A DNA stretch of 31,877 nt. Source: a virus. Its lineage: Duplodnaviria; Caudoviricetes. The notes beneath the pieces were generated by a model. That model was not told where the DNA came from and did no database searches. It saw nothing but the letters and a program-made list of their open reading frames with translations. A program made the position numbers and the translations under genes. This document shows positions 27,393-31,877 of the stretch, piece after piece. Numbering within the stretch: the first letter of the stretch is position 1; each line of letters starts with the position of its first letter. Location: IMG/VR virus record IMGVR_UViG_3300030708_003450, positions 1 to 31,877 of that record, one strand, 5' to 3'.

Positions 27393-28394
27393 ATGTTTGA
27401 GTATTTTTACAACGAAATTTTGAGAAGAACCATTATCTCTTTTGGTACTCTTTTCAATAATGTAAGTATCAAGAAGACTGATTCTTCTGATAGTGTAGTA
27501 AGTGTTGTAAAAGTACCTCTGGCTTATGGTCCTACTGAAAAGTTTCTTGCAAGAATAAATCAATCTCCTGATTTAAATAAACCAACTCAAATTACATTAC
27601 CAAGAATGTCGTTTGAGTTTACTGGTCTTACCTATGATCCAACTAGAAAGGTAACCACTACTCAGCAATTTGTTGTTAAAGATCCTGATGATGGAACTGA
27701 GACTAAAAAGTCTTACATGCCAGTTCCATATAACATGCAATTTGAACTTAGCATCATGACAAAGTTAAATGATGATGCGTTGCAAATTGTTGAACAGATA
27801 TTGCCATATTTTCAACCTGCATACAATCTTTCAATTGAATTAGTTGAGTCAATCAAAGAGAAAAGAGACGTTCCCATCGTTCTTGAAAATATTACGATGC
27901 AAGATGATTATGAAGGGGATTTTACTTCAAGAAGAGTTCTTCTTTATACTTTAAGATTTACTGCAAAAACATATCTGTTTGGTCCTGCATCTTCTGCATC
28001 CAAGGATATCATCAAGAAGGCAAGAGTCAGTCTACTTACTGGAACAGATACATCAAATACTACAAGAGAAGTTACATATACTGTTACTCCAAGAGCAATC
28101 AAAGACTACACGGGAGACACTGCTACCACACTGTCTGCTGATATCACAACAACGACAAAAACATTTGAAGTTGATGATGCAAGTGGTCTTACAGCAAAAA
28201 CATATGTGGACTTGGATGGAGAGGAACTCTTCATCAAGACTATCAATGGCAACAAAATTACAGTCAACAGAGGTCAAGACGGAACAACTATTACGTCTCA
28301 CCTCAGAGGTGCTCCTATCAAACTTATCACTGCTGCAGACAATGCACTTATTGAAGAAGGAGATGACTTTGGATTTAGTGGAGTAATTTCATGA
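27393..28394 (+). CDS. gp15: Tail sheath stabilizer / tail terminator gp15
   Basis: 333 aa with YFYNEILRR.IISFGTLFN, KVPLAYGP.EKFL, LPRMSFE, PVPYN..FEL and QIVEQILPYFQP. Confidence 0.95.
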   Translation: MFEYFYNEILRRTIISFGTLFNNVSIKKTDSSDSVVSVVKVPLAYGPTEKFLARINQSPDLNKPTQITLPRMSFEFTGLTYDPTRKVTTTQQFVVKDPDDGTETKKSYMPVPYNMQFELSIMTKLNDDALQIVEQILPYFQPAYNLSIELVESIKEKRDVPIVLENITMQDDYEGDFTSRRVLLYTLRFTAKTYLFGPASSASKDIIKKARVSLLTGTDTSNTTREVTYTVTPRAIKDYTGDTATTLSADITTTTKTFEVDDASGLTAKTYVDLDGEELFIKTINGNKITVNRGQDGTTITSHLRGAPIKLITAADNALIEEGDDFGFSGVIS

Positions 28395-28819
28395 AAATGA
28401 CTAAAAATTTCGATGACCTTAACGATACTTTCAACGTCTCTGATGACATTGTTCAACCAGAGATAGTTGAAAAGAAAATTGAAAAAATTAAATCTGCTGC
28501 TGATGATATCAAAAAAGATTATGAATACACTAGAGGTAATCTGTATTCATTGATTGAAAAAGGTCAAGAGGCGGTCAATGGTATTCTTGAATTAGCACAA
28601 GAAACTGAGCAACCAAGAGCATATGAAGTTGCCGGTCAGTTGATCAAGAGTGTTTCAGACGCCACTGATAAACTTCTTGACTTACAAAAGAAACTCAAAG
28701 ATGTAGAGGAAGATAAACAGGTTCGTGGACCATCTACTGTAAACAATGCACTTTTTGTTGGATCTACAGCAGATTTGGCAAAGATGTTAAAGGACGGACT
28801 TAAAGAAGAACCTAAATAA
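28391..28819 (+). CDS. gp16: Terminase small subunit gp16
   Basis: 142 aa with DYEYTRGNL..LIEKG.EA...ILELA.E.EQPRAYEV.GQLIK and NNALFVGSTADL. ATGA overlap with gp15, GGAG SD at 28380-28383. Confidence 0.93.
   Translation: MKMTKNFDDLNDTFNVSDDIVQPEIVEKKIEKIKSAADDIKKDYEYTRGNLYSLIEKGQEAVNGILELAQETEQPRAYEVAGQLIKSVSDATDKLLDLQKKLKDVEEDKQVRGPSTVNNALFVGSTADLAKMLKDGLKEEPK
28811..28818 (+). promoter_or_regulatory. Late promoter variant CCTAAATA upstream of the post-gp16 gene
   Basis: Same octamer as before gp13 and gp15. It overlaps the last codons and stop of gp16, 45 nt before the ATG at 28864. Confidence 0.6.
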
Positions 28820-28863
28820 TTTGAAAGGGAGAGAAATCCCGAAGTACAAAGGTTACTAATAAA

Positions 28864-31800
28864 ATGTCCAAGGATCTACCTTCGATTGATGATTTTGCTG
28901 AAGATAATAGCAATCTGCCATCTATCGATGATTTTATTACAGAAGAGAACGCAGAGGAACTCCCTTCTGTAGAAGATTTTATTGAGAAAGAAGAAGTAAT
29001 AAGTGAAGCAACACAAACAATTGAAGATGCAAATGGTGAATCGTTTGCAGAAATAAAAGATATTGTTCCACCTTGGCCAGAACTGGTTAAGATGGTTAAT
29101 GATGTTAGGGCAGATATTCCTGACATTCCAGAAATTAAATATTATGATAAGGAACTTGAAGATCTTGCAGAGCAAATCTCACAGATTAGAGATGAGATTC
29201 CAGAAGTTCCAGAAGTAAGATATTACGAAAAAGAAGTTGAAGCAATCTGCGAACAGATTGATCTTGTTAGAGAGCAAATTAAAGACCTTCCAGAGGTCAA
29301 GTATTATGATGAACAGGTCAATGCAATTGAAGATAGAATTGATACTCTTCAGACCGAAGTAACCAATCTTCCAGAAGTAAAGTATTACGATAAAGAAATT
29401 GAAGCAATCTGTTCAGCAATTGATCAGGTTCGTTCAGAAATTCCAACCTTCCCAAAGTGGGTCAATGAGGTAAATGAAGTTCCTGACTTTTCCTGGATTG
29501 GCAAAACTTTCAGTGTTATTGATGACGACTTCATTAAAGTTAATGATACTATTGATACTCTAAAAGAAAATATTCAGATTGATATTAAAAAATTAATTGA
29601 AGATAATGAAGTAAGACATTTTGAAAATAGAGTTCAGTTTGGCACTGAAGTAAAGGATCTTGACACCAAATTAGGTGAAGAGAAAGAAAAGATTTGGAAA
29701 GAACTTCGTGATTCTTCCATGAAGATATGGGAATATCACAAAGAGTTTAAAGATGATGATAAGAAGTTAAAAAAACAAATCAAGAATGAATATAATTCAT
29801 TAAAGAATCAACTTGAGCAAAATCTCTCTAAGTATAATTTAGAAAGTGTAAAAACTGATGAACTTCTTCTTAATTACTTTAATGAATTAAAAGAAGAAGT
29901 AGGAAATCTTCCTGAAGTAAAATATTATGATGACGATATCAAACATCTCAAAGATGATTTGACCAGTCTTCGTTCTTTAGTTCAATCAATCAAAACTGAA
30001 CAAAAAGAATTAAATGAAGAGTTACAGAATTTAAGTGAAGTTGCACTTGAGGAACCTCATGATATTGATCAAAGTGTAGATGGTAAGAAAGATCCTCTTG
30101 CACCACTTGACAAACAGTTTCCTAATCTTAAAGCATTAGCAGATCATTACAGATTATTCATTAATAGAGTTCAAACTCAAATTGCTACCATTGGTGGAGG
30201 TGGTGCAGGGTTTATTAAAGATCTGGATGATGTAGATATTTCTGGTCTTGCTGATAATTATATCCTTCAATATGATGCAACCAATTCAAAATGGTTGACA
30301 GTAGCAAACAATGCCGGTGCAGGCGGAACATGGGCATCTAATAGTATTGGTATTAGCACAACAAAAAATGTTGGCATTGCAACAACTTCCGCTAAATCTG
30401 ATGTATCACTTTTTGTTGTTGGTGATATTGAGGCAACAGGAAATGTAAATGTTGCAGGCACAATTACATATGAAGATGTAAAAAATGTAGACTCTCTTGG
30501 TTTAAGTACATTTAGAAGTGGGATCGAGGTTCAAACTGGAACAGCAACAACTGCACTCCTGGTTCAAGGAGACGCAAGAGTAACCGGTATTCTGACTATT
30601 GGTACTGCATCTGTCACAATTGATGGTGATAACAATAAGGTTTCTGTTGGTGTTGTCACCATTACAAATTCAGAAGTTATACTTGGTGATAATGTCACTA
30701 TCAATTCTTCTGCAACAGGCATCAATTCTGCACCAAATGTTCTTTACGTTGCAAAAGATGGAAGTGATGACAACAATGGTACATCAATTGATAACGCAAA
30801 ACTAACGATTGCAGGTGCAGTATCAATCGCACAATCTGGAACTACAATTAAAGTCCTTTCTGGCAATTACGTAGAAAGTAATCCTATTGAACTTCCTGCG
30901 TTTACTGCTGTTGTTGGTGATGATTTAAGAACCGTAAAGGTTTTACCAAACACACCAACCAGTGACATCTTCCACGTAAATAAAGCATGTAAGGTTGCCA
31001 ATATAACCTTCTCAGGACACACTGCACCTGCCGCAGCAATTGCTTTCCCATCAGGAGGAGCAACTAACGTTGGTGGTGGAAAGTGGAAGGGTCCATACAT
31101 TCAAAACTGCACCAGTGACACCACAACTGGAACTGGTATCTATATTGATGGTGATAAAGCAGTGAAAACAAAATCAATGAACGTTGATGCTTTCACTCAA
31201 TATAATCAAGGTGGTGTTGGTGTTGCAGTCACAAACGAAGGTTATGCTCAATTAGTTTCTGTATTTACTATTTGTTGCGATAAAGCAATCCAGGTTCATA
31301 AAGGTGGACAAGCAGATCTTGCTAATAGTAATTGCAGTTTTGGAACTTTAGGTTTGGTTGCCGATGGAGTAAGTCCAGAGCAGTTCACTGGAATTGTCAC
31401 TGCCTCTGCTGCAGCAGCTCAAGACAATATAACAATTAACGTTGGTGCAGTTACTACAAGACCATATGATGGTCAAGTTGTTTATTTTGATCAACTCTAT
31501 AAATCAGTAGAAACTATTACTGTTGGATCAGGAGGAACTGGATATACTCAGGCACCTACAGTAACTGTAGATTCTCCATCTGGACCAAACGGAGAGACTG
31601 CCTCTGCATTTGCCACGATTGAAAATGGTGCTGTTACTGAGATCTCAATTATTAGTAGTGGAAGTCAATACACATCAACTCCATCAGTAACTATTTCGGG
31701 TCCACAAAGTGGAATCAATACAGCAACTGCCACTGCAAATATGGCAGATACTTATTTTACAATAAATAGTGCTACACCCATCGTTTCTGGAATTACAACA

Positions 31801-31877
31801 TTAACACTTGCAGAAAACTTAATTAATACGGTTGGAGTTGGTTCTACTGCTTACTTCTTCCAACAAAGTAAGATTGT
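28864..31877 (+). CDS. Large modular fibre-like protein (>1004 aa, 3'-truncated, absent from the ORF track): acidic repeats, coiled coil, GGGG hinge, beta-helix
   Basis: Manual translation from ATG 28864 (MSKDLPSIDDFAEDNSN...) stays open to the window end (...AYFFQQSKI), with an in-frame TGA upstream at 28822-28824. Contains PEVKYYD repeats, DPLAPLD..HYRLFINRVQTQIATIGGGG..LDDV and VLYVAKDGSDDNNG....AKLTIAGA. Confidence 0.9.
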   Translation, partial: MSKDLPSIDDFAEDNSNLPSIDDFITEENAEELPSVEDFIEKEEVISEATQTIEDANGESFAEIKDIVPPWPELVKMVNDVRADIPDIPEIKYYDKELEDLAEQISQIRDEIPEVPEVRYYEKEVEAICEQIDLVREQIKDLPEVKYYDEQVNAIEDRIDTLQTEVTNLPEVKYYDKEIEAICSAIDQVRSEIPTFPKWVNEVNEVPDFSWIGKTFSVIDDDFIKVNDTIDTLKENIQIDIKKLIEDNEVRHFENRVQFGTEVKDLDTKLGEEKEKIWKELRDSSMKIWEYHKEFKDDDKKLKKQIKNEYNSLKNQLEQNLSKYNLESVKTDELLLNYFNELKEEVGNLPEVKYYDDDIKHLKDDLTSLRSLVQSIKTEQKELNEELQNLSEVALEEPHDIDQSVDGKKDPLAPLDKQFPNLKALADHYRLFINRVQTQIATIGGGGAGFIKDLDDVDISGLADNYILQYDATNSKWLTVANNAGAGGTWASNSIGISTTKNVGIATTSAKSDVSLFVVGDIEATGNVNVAGTITYEDVKNVDSLGLSTFRSGIEVQTGTATTALLVQGDARVTGILTIGTASVTIDGDNNKVSVGVVTITNSEVILGDNVTINSSATGINSAPNVLYVAKDGSDDNNGTSIDNAKLTIAGAVSIAQSGTTIKVLSGNYVESNPIELPAFTAVVGDDLRTVKVLPNTPTSDIFHVNKACKVANITFSGHTAPAAAIAFPSGGATNVGGGKWKGPYIQNCTSDTTTGTGIYIDGDKAVKTKSMNVDAFTQYNQGGVGVAVTNEGYAQLVSVFTICCDKAIQVHKGGQADLANSNCSFGTLGLVADGVSPEQFTGIVTASAAAAQDNITINVGAVTTRPYDGQVVYFDQLYKSVETITVGSGGTGYTQAPTVTVDSPSGPNGETASAFATIENGAVTEISIISSGSQYTSTPSVTISGPQSGINTATATANMADTYFTINSATPIVSGITTLTLAENLINTVGVGSTAYFFQQSKI
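28876..28980 (+). repeat. Three LPS[IV][DE]DF peptide repeats at the N-terminus of the post-gp16 protein
   Basis: LPSIDDF (28876), LPSIDDF (28915) and LPSVEDF (28960), separated by acidic spacers. Confidence 0.8.
29128..29451 (+). repeat. 81-bp / 27-aa tandem repeat (PE[IV][KR]YY[DE]...) x4
   Basis: Motif starts at 29128, 29209, 29290 and 29371, exactly 81 nt apart. A degenerate Pro falls at 29452 and a dispersed copy at 29911. Confidence 0.88.
31761..31768 (+). promoter_or_regulatory. Possible internal late promoter AATAAATA
   Basis: NATAAATA in the distal part of the last ORF (codons T-I-N), in a context like the gp8-internal site (V-I-N). The downstream gene is outside the window. Confidence 0.3.

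Noticed and set aside
27979-28386. 135-aa alternative-frame + strand ORF inside gp15 (also 952-1137, 7827-8036, 20684-20926, 23087-23293, 26283-26474, 30599-30805)
   Set aside because: The Leu/Gln/Met-rich composition is what a shifted reading of the real gene's codons produces, and there is no RBS or motif support.
29128-29451. Regularly spaced DNA repeats as a CRISPR array or DGR template/variable repeat
   Set aside because: The repeats are in-frame, diverge at synonymous positions and encode a protein repeat. There is no cas gene, reverse transcriptase or adenine-specific mismatch pattern in the window.
29767-29775. TTA AAA AAA as a -1 frameshift site in the post-gp16 ORF
   Set aside because: The -1 frame hits a TGA within a few codons, there is no evident stimulatory structure, and such runs are common at this AT content.
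55-31100. Numerous 60-140 aa minus-strand ORFs in the track (e.g. 18435-18851, 28812-29126, 28876-29175, 30267-30461, 30867-31100)
   Set aside because: All lie antisense to long, motif-supported + strand genes, including the unlisted ORF from 28864. They have no recognisable motifs and look like shadow ORFs.

Overview
AT-rich fragment of a T4-like marine myovirus genome, most likely a cyanophage. It covers the late virion-structure module, with every credible gene on the + strand. Gene order: a 5'-truncated conserved hypothetical gene, gp25, gp6, a giant 4037-aa gp7-like wedge protein, gp8, a 2516-aa VrlC/DUF4815-like structural protein (where T4 has gp9-gp12/wac), three small overlapping genes, gp13, gp14, gp15 and gp16. 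After gp16 comes a >1004-aa ORF (28864 to the window end) that the ORF track misses because it has no stop inside the window. T4-type late promoter motifs (N-A/C-TAAATA) sit at gene junctions and inside some genes. The best candidate for something new is a 59-aa helix-loop-helix gene (24472-24651, strong RBS) that resembles NblA, the phycobilisome-degradation adaptor, embedded in the late structural operon. The second is the post-gp16 modular protein, with LPSIDDF repeats, exact 27-aa PEVKYYD coiled-coil repeats, a GGGG hinge and a beta-helix. All family assignments come from motif recognition and synteny, and no searches were run. I found no tRNA, rRNA, CRISPR or mobile element.
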